A stretch of DNA of 63,012 bases, filler included, from Octopus bimaculoides (Eukaryota), in assembly GCF_001194135.2 (NCBI RefSeq). It is 6 parts of 6 records of this genome, joined end to end, with 100 filler letters (N's around TTAATTAATTAA, not from the genome) between each part and the next. Parts side by side here need not be neighbours in the genome. Positions count along the whole stretch, not along the records: positions 26,705 to 54,104 come from NC_069004.1; positions 54,205 to 60,597 come from NC_069005.1; positions 60,698 to 63,012 come from NW_026388592.1; 3 more parts are not named here. The stretch is one strand, 5' to 3'. The position numbers and the translations under genes were made by a program. The first letter of the stretch is position 1. Every line of letters begins with the position of its first letter. Positions 52,974-63,012 of the stretch are shown one piece after another. A model generated the notes under the pieces. The model was not told the DNA's origin, ran no database searches, and was given only the letters and a program-made list of their open reading frames with translations.

Positions 52974-53033
<60 letters not shown>

Positions 53034-53119
53034 GTGTGTGTGTATGTATGTATGTATGTATGTATGTATGTAGGTATGCATGTATATTATATTATAAATT
53101 TACATATTTATATATATAT

Positions 53120-53196
<77 letters not shown>

Positions 53197-53479
53197 GTGT
53201 GTGTATGTGTATGTGTGTGTGTATGTGTGTGTGTGTGTGTGTATGATATATATGTGTGTGTATATGTATATATATATATATATATACTTATACATATATA
53301 TGCAGACATACATTAGCGCTCCCGCATACATACACACACACACACACTCATTTAAAAAGGAAAAATATATAAATATATATATATATAAAACAAATATAAA
53401 AATTAAAATTAGAACTTAAAAATTAAGGGGAGTTAAAACGAGTGGAAAAGTTCTTACAGGAACATAGTAGAAATGTGGA

Positions 53480-53900
53480 CTCTAGCCGTGGTTTTGGGTC
53501 CCCCAAAACCGCAACAGGTATTTTGTGACATGTGGACATGTTCCAAAGAGTTCAGTTCTTGAATTTAAACATATAGCGGGGTCTAAGGAACTTTTCCAGA
53601 TGAGCCATCTTTCCATATTACAGGCCCCATATAGTGGACACAGGTCTTTATTCCTGTAGGAACAGCCGGCTTCGTGGTGTTGTATTGTGCGTGATTATGC
53701 TTTTAAAATTTGGGGTGGAACTAAAGCTAATTTTTAGCTTGTGCCTATTAAAGAGTTTTCTATATATGTGATGTATTGCAAAATGTCTGTCTATAAGTGA
53801 CAAGAAATATTCACCTATATTAAATATTTACCTATATTATCTATATTACCTTCGGGTGAGTAAGGGGGTGATTTTCTTATGTCAATGTTTGCTTTTCTTT
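53480..53900 (-). pseudogene. Penelope-like RT-to-GIY-YIG linker fragment
   Basis: Minus strand HLYRHFAIHHIYRKLFNRHKLKISFSSTPNFKSIITHN, then CSYRNKDLCPLYGAC, a PLE-type linker and Cys motif. Confidence 0.65.
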
Positions 53901-54062
53901 ATTTCTGGTCTAATAGTAGGGGTGTAAACTATTTCCTCTAACTCCACTAGCTTTAATTGTTATATAGGGGGTAGCATTTGAAAGGTTTTCTCTGCAAAAT
54001 TGGGTATTTAACAGTGGATCCAGTGAAAGATTGGATGTTTTCATCCCTATTTTCTGTATGTA

Positions 54063-54104
<42 letters not shown>

Positions 54105-54204
54105 NNNNNNNNNNNNNNNNNNNNNNNNNNNNNNNNNNNNNNNNNNNNTTAATTAATTAANNNNNNNNNNNNNNNNNNNNNNNNNNNNNNNNNNNNNNNN
54201 NNNN

Positions 54205-54390
54205 ATCAAACAGTTCAACGAATCAAAAAGTTCAACGAATCAAACAGTTCAACGAATCAAACAGTTCAACGAATCAAACAGTTCAACGAATCAAACAGTT
54301 CAACGAATCAAACAGTTCAACGAATCAAATAGTTCAACAAATCAAATAGTTCAACGAATCAAATAGTTCAACGAATCAAATAGTTCAACA
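54205..54390. repeat. 17-bp tandem repeat AATCAAA(C/T)AGTTCAACG, about 11 copies
   Basis: Directly visible; left edge abuts a gap. Confidence 0.95.
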
Positions 54391-54461
54391 AAATTGTTAA
54401 CACTTACTTCGCACAGATCAACAAACGACCAAACTCAACAGAAGTGAGGCGACATTTCGTA

Positions 54462-56090
54462 TTTTCTTTATTTTTGGCATAAAGCCTTAATATAGAAGGG
54501 ACACCACAAGGACAGACAACACAAAACGTGGGGAACATACAACAATTAACGAATGAATTATGAAAATAATGATAATGAAGTGGCTTTCCTACCTCTAAAG
54601 AAGGAAGTTCCGTTTTGCTGTTTTTAAAATCAGTAATTATTTCCAGTTTGTATCGTGTTCACGTCATAAAATCTATTAACTCCTTGAATTCTATCAGTGA
54701 TGGTAATTCGTCATATCTAAATCGTAATGCTGTTATCTCTATCCTGTCTCCGAATATTTCTCTCAATCTTCCTGCTCTCTCATCTTCCAGCAACACTGCT
54801 TTTACATTCCGGTTCTCTTCCTTGTCGGCCAGCTGAATCCTTGTCACGCCTTTCATCTTGGAAATTCTTTTCTCTATTTCCACACTCTTTCTGTACTGCA
54901 CCATCACTCTTTCGTATTTCCCCTTCAGTGGCTTTCTCGGCTGTATCACTTCACTCTCTGCCCATGTTGCTAGTGTTTCCATCTCTATTTGTTGCTCCTT
55001 CTCACGTTCTAATCTCTTCTTCTGTCTTTCTTCCTCTTTGCTTGTTGAAGGTTCTGGTCCCTTGCGTTCGTTCTCCCGTTGATTCCTCATTTTTTTCATT
55101 TTTACTTTTTATTTTCCACCGCGTTTCTTTTCTTTTTAGGTGGAGATTCGATGTTTTTTCCCTTCCTTTCTACCACTGTAAACTCTTTTTCCTCCTCTGC
55201 CGTTACAATCTCTTCTTTCCGACTCTCTTTCTCCGCCTTCTCCTGTTCATGTTTCTGGGGACACTTGGCTTTCATGTGACCCCTTACTCTACATGCAAAA
55301 CATATTTGAGGTCTACCTTCCACAATAATTCTCAGTCTGGTTTCGTCTGTTAAAATGAGCTCCTCAACAATCTTGTGGGGGTCTGGTAGGCTGATATGGA
55401 CCATTATCTCTAGTCCATATCCCCTCAGTTCACCTCCGCAGTCTTCGACATTTTCAGGACTTCTGCGTCTTCTTCTGTATTGTAGATGGTGGCTGCTACA
55501 AGCCATGCCGCGTCAATTTCGGGGGGGGGGGAGGCACTCTCCCTATCCTTACTCTGGTCGCATGTTTTCCACCGCAAGTAGGTTACAGTGCCCACTCCAC
55601 TGATTTTAAAGTTACGGTGGAGTATTTCTTTACTTCGTTCTCATTTACGAAGCGTACCTCCACCGTGCCGAACTTTCGTCCTCTGGTGTAGAACCGCTTC
55701 TACGGCTACAATCTTCACCATTTTGTTGCTATATTCAACGTTCTATATGTAATGGTTTTACTTTCTGTATTCTCCGTCACTTCGTTCGGGGGTGTCAGCC
55801 TTAAACAGTCTCCCTCCTTCTTCAATAAGGTGTTAAACTTCTTGAAGTTCCTGTCCTTGACTTCCAATTCTCGAATTTGCAGCAGCTCAGCGACAGGCTT
55901 TTGCCCGTCACTGCAGAATAACTGCCTGTTTGTACCTGTGTATTCATAATCACGTTGTTCACCGCTTCACCCATAAATGGGGAAGACAAAATTTTCAACA
56001 AATTCAAACAATCACAATATTCAACAATTCAGTGATTAAGTAATAAAACAATAACTCAAATAGGAGCGAAATCTAGCGCAACAACTCAAG
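54462..56090 (-). mobile_element. ORF1-only retroelement (gag-like CCHC protein) ending in a SINE/LINE-type 3' tail
   Basis: Interrupted ORF with FGTVEVRF, VEGRPQICFACRVRGHMKAKCP (CX2CX4HX4C), a K/E-rich region and a stop at 54659; tail TTGTCTGTCCTTGTGGTGTCCCTTCTAT...AATAAAGAAAAT at 54519-54461; no ORF2 in between. Confidence 0.7.
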
Positions 56091-56261
56091 GGTCAAATGT
56101 ATCCCGTATGTGAGGTGACATTTCGTGGAAAAACTTTGAAGGCTAAAGATTTTGTATCAAAAAAATACGACGAACCTTTTTGGCACAAACTGGATAGAAT
56201 TGTTTAATTTATGGAACCTCCCCATAAATATTTTTTGCAATAATGTAAACGATTTGGTAGA

Positions 56262-56291
56262 CAGAAACTGAAAGAAGTTTGTCGTATATAT

Positions 56292-56325
<34 letters not shown>

Positions 56326-56562
56326 ATATGTTTGTATGTCTGTGTTTGTCCACCCCCACCCCCCAACATCGCTTGACAACCGATGCTGGTGTGTTTACGT
56401 CCCCGTAACTTAGCTGTTCGGCAAAAGAGCCAGATAGAATAAGTACTAGGCTTACAAAGAATAAGTCCTGGGTTTGATTCGTTCGATGAAAGGCGGTGCT
56501 CCAGCATGGCCGCGGTCAAATGACTGAAACAAGTAAAAGAGTAAAAACGTAAAAGAGTAAAA
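56262..56562 (+). mobile_element. SINE family B, young copy (middle plus 3' half, with internal TA/TG microsatellite)
   Basis: GATTTGGTAGACAGAAACTGAAAGAAG...(TA)n...CGCTTGACAACCGATGCTGG...AAGGCGGTGCTCCAGCATGGCCGCGGTCAAATGACTGAAACAAGTAAAAGAG. Confidence 0.9.
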
Positions 56563-56627
56563 CGAACGCTTCTAAAACAGCTGTAGTGAAACTCTAGCCC
56601 ATTTGTATTCTTAATGTGTGTGTGAAC

Positions 56628-56665
<38 letters not shown>

Positions 56666-56938
56666 CAAGAGAGAGAGAGGACGTGAGAGAGAGAGAGAGG
56701 ACGAGAGAGAGTGAGAGACAGAGAGCGTGATTGAATTGAGTTCTACGTCTATTGGTGTAAGAAGGTTACGTACCGTTGGGTAAACATAAAGGCCACTACA
56801 TCACATCAGTAGCTGACAATTGCACTAACTTATTGTACCATTGCTAACTTATCAATCATAGAAACCCTTTTTACCTGTATTATATTTGAGGTAGAAGACT
56901 ATGGAGAAAATATAAATATCAAGACAATACACGGTGAA

Positions 56939-57195
56939 GGCGCATGGCTTAGTGGTTAGGGTGTTGCACTCACGATTGCGAGATCGTGGATTCGATTCCC
57001 AGACCGGGCGCTACGTTGTGTTCTTGAGCAAAGCACTTCATTTCACATTGTTCTGCGATCATTTCGACATGTGAGATGTGGAACCCAGTTGCACTTGTAC
57101 AGGTAATGTTTATTTGATGGAGGGAGTAAACTTATGTCTACTGAAGCATTTTATCACTATAAACGAATCCTCTGTGTTGTTGTTCGGTAAGAAAT
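56939..57195 (+). mobile_element. tRNA-headed SINE family D
   Basis: A-box TGGCTTAGTGG, B-box GATTCGATTCC, then TTGTGTTCTTGAGCAAAGCACTT. Confidence 0.8.
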
Positions 57196-57198
57196 TTT

Positions 57199-60100
57199 GT
57201 TCTTTATCGGCCACTAGGGCCGACAAAGCGGGACAATACGGGACACACAAGAACATTTAGGGGTCTACAACAGGGTTGAATGGGAGATGGAAAAAAAGAA
57301 ATAACAACATAAAAATTAGACATGGTATAATGATGAGACAACAAGATGAAATGTTAGACATGAAAACCCCCGCAAGCCACGACCCAGCATTGCTCTCACA
57401 CAGGAGACTACGGTAGGACGTTCAAGTTGGCCACATTCATGCTCAACGATCGCGTCACTTGCATCCATCTTGTCCTGAACACAAGCGTCGGTAACATCTC
57501 TCTCTCTCTCTCTCACCTCATTTTTCGTTTGAGATGGTATGAGAAATAGTTTATTAAACCTTGGTCAGTGAGAAAGTTGTCTGTCTTAATTCCTTTCAAT
57601 CTCGTCAACCACACGACCTCATTCGCTATAGTCACCAAGTAGATAAAAGTTGTCTTCCTTTCCCGGCCAAGGGAAGGAGGAGGGACAATCTTGATGGCGG
57701 ATTGTACTCCTCCCAGACGCGACAGCAGGTGTTCTACGTAAACCCAAAGATCCGAAACCAACGGACATTGTACGGCAGCGTGCAGAACAGTATCTGTACC
57801 TGAAGAGTTAATCGCGAACAGGCAGAGTTCCTTGGTAGCACTGCCAGGCCAGGGATTTCTGGTAGTTATCCACAGATCCCGGCCCAGACTGGTGAGTTGA
57901 CCGTCATCGAAACCCAGAATCTCCCCCCGGACATCGTCGCACTTATCAGTCACTAACCCTCTATAAAAGGACGAGTTGGAGTGCCCGCCGCTCGCATTGC
58001 TCGTTCGGAAGAGAAGCGAGAGAGCCAGACGGCACTCGGCTTGCCAAGCACTCAACCTCGGTTTACGTTTGATCCACGAGTTCAGTTCATTAAATGAGTT
58101 GAACTGTGGGAAGACTAGTTTCACGAAGGGCAACTAGAACAGTTCACCGTTTAGGTAGAGCTGGAGATGTCTTAGCATTAGCGTATGTCTGCGCATTTTC
58201 AGCCAAGGCATGCCCAGCTTTCCATTTAGCGGTAGTGGACAGCAAATAGAGCGTCTGACCAGCGGACCTCTGTCTCTCCATAAAAGCAGAAAAGCAGGCG
58301 CTCCAGTTTGACCAGACACGAATCTGGGAAAGGCACGACGGTTAGGCGGTAGGTGATAACGGATACGATAAACACATTCGCTACCTCCACCCATTTCCTC
58401 TTGGCCCATTTCTGGGTAAGATTGGCCACCCTGCTCGTAACCTCAGCCCAGTTTCTTTCTATTTGGATCTCTGGACCCAACCAGACTCCGAGCAATTTCA
58501 CCGCGCCATCTGTCCAACGTCCTACGACATTGTTAGGTAGCATCGACCTGCCGAGTTACAGGCCGACCGACCTATCACGGTTTATTTTTGCCCCTAATAC
58601 CTCTTCGTACTATCTAATGGCATCACCTACTAGATGCAGATGTCTGTCACAGGATACGATGACGGTGATGCCGTCCGCATACACTATTATTGTCCTCCCG
58701 CACACTAGATCACACGGGACGCCTCTCAGGGCCTCCAGTTTCTGCAGTATTAACTCGAGGGCCAGAAAGTACAGTAGGGAGGATAGGGGACATCCTTGGC
58801 GGACCGAACGACCGATGCTGAACGGCTCTGAAAAATGGCTGTTCATCCGAACTACCGATTTAATGTTTCCAACCGTGGAAGTCCGAGCCAAACTCGGCCG
58901 CTTCGAGGACCGCCCCCATATAGCGATGGTCAACCCTATCGAATGCTTTAGACTGATCTAAATGTATCAGTACCCCTCCCATGCCAGAATTATTAACCAT
59001 CCTGTCTATGGTGTAGCGAATGAAGTGAAGGTTGTCGTGGATCGTTCTGGATGGAATGGCACATGTTTGCCTCCTCCCAACCAGTAGTTTGTCGACGACA
59101 AGCATCAGCCACTTGCCTAGCACCTTGGCCAAAATCTTCAGCTCTGCATTAAGCAGAGTGATGGGCCTAAAGTTATCTATAACGTCCTCCTTGTTTAGGT
59201 CCTTTTTTAGCAGCACCACGGTCCCAATCTCACAGAACTAAGAATGCTCCTATTCTGTTGCCAGCTGGCGTAGATATTTGCTTCGCATCTTACAAAACTC
59301 GTAGAGCAGACCAGCTAGACCTGGCGATCTTCCCCCAACACAACCCGATAGGGCCTCTTCTACCATCGCAGCTGTGATCGGCCCTTCACAGCACACCGCC
59401 CCCTGCGCTGAGAGTCGCGGCAGACCAATCAGGAAGTCCGAGAATTCCATCCCTTTCTATTCTATTCTTTTCTAATGCTAAACTTTGCTATATCTACGTG
59501 ACTCAAATTTAATGGCTCTTTTTCGGGCGTACCACCAGTTGTTATTGATGACGGCTCCTGTCAACGCCCTTTTCACTAATTCTCTAATCCGGTCATTGTA
59601 GGCTTTGCACACCAGCAGTGACGTGTTTTGCTTCCAGTAGCCGAGGCTCTGTCTATAAAATCTATCTAAGTCAAGCTTACAGATCACAAATTTGTGATCC
59701 GTATAGCTGGGGATCTGAAATTGTGGACAACTAACGCTAGATTTGTCACCTAACCTAATGAATACTCTATTTGTGAGACCCGGAACTGCTGGTCCATGTC
59801 CACATAGGAGCATCCAAGTGATCCATTCTAAACCTGTCAGCCAATTGAAAGCGACTGAGCAGGTTAATGACGTGCATCTAGATTGTGTTAAAGTTATCAA
59901 CTAGCACTAACGTGCGCGAAGTCCCAAGGAAAGCTTTTAGGCGCCTGAAGTAGTGAGATTGCCCCGTGTTGTCTGGAACATAACCTGCAACCAGGTTGAA
60001 GGTGTTGCCGCTGTTATGTATCGCGTCCAGGACGAGCAGCTTGCCTTCTGGGTCCACAAAGATTGTCTTGATTTCTAAATCCAGGCCTTTGCAGAATAAA

Positions 60101-60340
60101 ACCACAATAAACCTCTGCCTCCACTAGTCTGGCTTGGAGATATGTAGATCTCATAACCATCGAAGAGAGACGAAAGAGCTTCTGACCCGGTTAGCTTAGC
60201 TTCACTGGTGATTACGACATCTAAATCCTATGACTTGAGATCGTTTAGCAAGCGCGCTTGCTTCCAATACGATCAGATTCTTAAGTCTAAATACCACAAA
60301 GACATTCGCCTTCTAAGAAAGGACTTCACTCCCCAAATCT
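57199..60340 (-). mobile_element. Tx1/L1-clade LINE: disrupted ORF2 (APE endonuclease and RT) with 3' UTR
   Basis: APE: DLDVVITSEAKL, DPEGKLLVLD, LVLVDNFN, YTDHKFV; RT: NFRPITLLNAELKILAKVL, HLDQSKAFDRVDH, VRQGCPLSSLLY, VYADG, VKLLGVWL; C-terminal TDTVLHAAVQCP. Confidence 0.92.
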
Positions 60341-60829
60341 TTGAGGGTCTTACTCCGTAAGCCCCGGATAAAGGGGCTTGAACGCAACCATGATGAATGG
60401 AATTAATTACTTACTTGGTGATGGGAGGATGTGGATATATCCTCCCTTCCCGGTGTATCTTGTGTGGCGTTCAAGGTTTAGTTTTAGAGATTGTGGAGGG
60501 GTGTGGTTTTAGCTTCCCCTCTCGCCGTGGCTTGTGGGGCATCGTTAATTAAGTTCCGGTAAATGTATTTAGTAAAATTTAATTGTAATGTCCCAATNNN
60601 NNNNNNNNNNNNNNNNNNNNNNNNNNNNNNNNNNNNNNNNNTTAATTAATTAANNNNNNNNNNNNNNNNNNNNNNNNNNNNNNNNNNNNNNNNNNNNAGC
60701 CACTTGGCTGAAACACATAAATAAATAAATAAAATATATATATACATAAATATATATATATAAATATATATATACATATGTAAATATATATATACATATA
60801 TATTTAATTATATGTATTTCTTCTATCTT

Positions 60830-61110
60830 AATGAATAAAAATTCTTCGGATAGAATAAATGGGTTAATAGAAACCAATGTAGCAAAGAACACAAAATAAC
60901 TTTGGTGTAGTTCCTGTTTTTAAGGCAGTAACTCCTTGAAATTTTGGGTATTTGAGTATATTTAAAAATTTAAGGAATGGAGAAAACGCATGTTATCATT
61001 GCATACTTTATTCCTACATATGTTTCAAAGGATTACAACCTATGTGATCCATAGGGATCTGTGATATTAAAATTGTAACCTTCTCATCAGGGAAAGCATG
61101 GGAATCATCT
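60830..61110 (-). mobile_element. Penelope-type pLTR-like fragment related to the 44312-44640 arms
   Basis: Shares ATGGAG(C)AAAACGCAT and TTCCTACATATGTTTCAAA. Confidence 0.6.
61010..61096 (-). ncRNA. Type I hammerhead ribozyme motif with a canonical core
   Basis: TTCC-CTGATGA-GAAGGTTACAA...TTGTAATCCTTT-GAAA-CATATG-TA|GGAA. Confidence 0.75.
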
Positions 61111-61404
61111 TAAACGTCTACTTTTATATACATATATATATATATATATAATATATATATATATATACATATATAAATATACATATATAAATATATATAT
61201 ATACATATATAAATATATATATATACATATATAAATATATATATATAAATATATATATGGAAACCCCGGTTATGGGCAGGCAGACTATGATACACACATG
61301 GCTAGAGAGGCTGACTTTTTGCTCCCACCTGATGTATCAAACCCTTGTAATGGGTGTGGGAAACTTGGCTAGGACTGTTGGTGGTGGAAATAAGTTTGGG
61401 GGTG

Positions 61405-61520
61405 GCCCTGAAAAATCATGTAATTGTAGAAACCCCCAATTGTGTTCTCTCGACGGGTTCTGTCTGAGTACCAATGTAGTATATAAATGTGTAGTTAAGG
61501 ATAATTCCAGATCCCGGATT
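61405..61520 (+). pseudogene. Penelope-like Cys-motif fragment upstream of GIY-YIG
   Basis: KSCNCRNPQLCSLDGFCLSTNVVYKCVV. Confidence 0.7.
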
Positions 61521-61933
61521 TCTGGCTCTGCATAAGAAATGCTCTACCTTCATCAGTGGAATCTACGCAGATAGCACATAAATACAAATATATATATATA
61601 TATATATATATTACAACATACGAATACTTACATATACGAACATATATATGCATGTCTGCACATGAGCAGTTTAAATTGCCCGCCTAAAACTCCTTGTGCG
61701 ATATGGTCAAAATACCACCACAGTGAATATAATAACGAAATAAATATATAAATTTATATAAATAAGGATAAGATCATTATTTAAAATACCTATCTTATCA
61801 GGTAGCCAGCATGGGAATAAAAACCTCTGTCTTCTCCCCTGGTGCTGTTTGAACATTTAATGTGGTTTTAGATTCAAGTTTTGACTGCTGTATCTAGCGT
61901 GTTGGTATCTCTTAGATGCCCTTAATTATAATT

Positions 61934-61964
<31 letters not shown>

Positions 61965-62912
61965 ATATANNNNNNNNNNNNNNNNNNNNNNNNNNNNNNN
62001 NNNNNNNNNNNNNNNNNNNNNNNNNNNNNNNNNNNNNNNNNNNNNNNNNNNNNNNNNNNNNNNNNNNNNNNNNNNNNNNNNNNNNNNNNNNNNNNNNNNN
62101 NNNNNNNNNNNNNNNNNNNNNNNNNNNNNNNNNNNNNNNNNNNNNNNNNNNNNNNNNNNNNNNNNNNNNNNNNNNNNNNNNNNNNNNNNNNNNNNNNNNN
62201 NNNNNNNNNNNNNNNNNNNNNNNNNNNNNNNNNNNNNNNNNNNNNNNNNNNNNNNNNNNNNNNNNNNNNNNNNNNNNNNNNNNNNNATATATATATATAT
62301 ATATATATATACATACTTTATTTAAAAGCAGCAGAAATATAACAAAAAGCTGTTACTCGGACAGTTTTGTTAGAAATGGGAGAGAAATGATGATGCAATC
62401 AAAACTAATATAAATTAAAAAACATGGATCTGTTTCATTGATCATTTCAAATAATGGTCTTAGGTATGCAATGAACAAAATAAACAAAACAAATGAATTC
62501 AATATAGATTCATCCTATTTTTAAAAAATCAAAGAAAACCTTAAATTGAAAAGTGGGTTCAAAATACATATTGTAAATGATTATATTCGAATTATCGCTC
62601 AATTAACACATTAAAATTAAAATAAAAAATAAAAATTTTACAATAGTATATACGCATACTAGACTATCTACAACATACGTATATAGGCATATATTTGTAA
62701 GACATAAATACATGCACGAATACACATGTATACATATATATATGCACGAAATCATGCTTGCATATGAAAATTATTCAGCGTCGGAACAGGCAAGTGTATC
62801 TTAAACTTATGGAGTTGGGAAGTAAGGGCTGAGAAGAGTAACGTATAGATAAAGGACGTTACTAATGCAGAAAGGGAGAAAGTATGGTTTTCGTGCTCAA
62901 AGAAAGAAGTAA

Positions 62913-63012
62913 GAAACTCTGCCAGATCAGAGTGGAGCCTGGTGCATCCATCTGGTTCGCCGGTCTTCAGTCAAATTGTCCAACCCATGCTAGCATGGAA
63001 AGCGGACGTTAA
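62913..63012 (+). mobile_element. 3' end of a LINE/SINE-type interspersed repeat, cut by the window edge
   Basis: CCAGATCAGAGTGGAGCCTGGTGCA...CCAACCCATGCTAGCATGGAAAGCGGACGTTAA; recalled as a common octopus repeat tail. Confidence 0.45.

Noticed and set aside
50396-54390. 16-bp and 17-bp arrays as CRISPR-like repeats
   Set aside because: No spacers, eukaryotic context and no cas genes.
56939-57005. Possible tRNA gene (also at 12741)
   Set aside because: A and B boxes are present but there is no complete acceptor stem or terminator, and the sequence runs into a SINE body.
54462-60340. ORF1 and ORF2 as one intact LINE
   Set aside because: The order on the minus strand is ORF2 then ORF1, each has its own 3' tail, and both are disrupted.
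60359-60379. Hairpin AAGCCCC-GGATAAA-GGGGCTT resembling part of a twister ribozyme
   Set aside because: The rest of the twister consensus and pseudoknots are absent; it is a simple 7-bp hairpin.

Overview
AT-rich, gap-riddled eukaryotic DNA. The repeat families and microsatellite load suggest an octopus genome, probably Octopus bimaculoides; this is an inference from recalled repeat consensus, not a database hit. No intact host gene is supported, and there is only one weak candidate exon (24226-24338). Most of the 'ORF track' is translated microsatellite or N gaps. The window is a graveyard of mobile elements: tRNA-derived SINEs of several families, three mariner relics, two DD37D (maT-like) relics, R4/Dong-like RLE LINE pieces nested in (AAT)n, a Tx1/L1-like ORF2 element, Penelope-like fragments and two Helitron-like non-autonomous copies. 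Two signals stand out. (1) A shared ~50-nt 3' tail links a Tx1/L1-like LINE, an ORF1-only (half-L1-like) element and a tRNA-derived SINE subfamily, suggesting a three-member retroposon system. (2) At least five minimal type I hammerhead ribozyme motifs with palindromic stem III are present, two of them back-to-back in a 329-bp foldback palindrome. Element boundaries are approximate and were read by eye.
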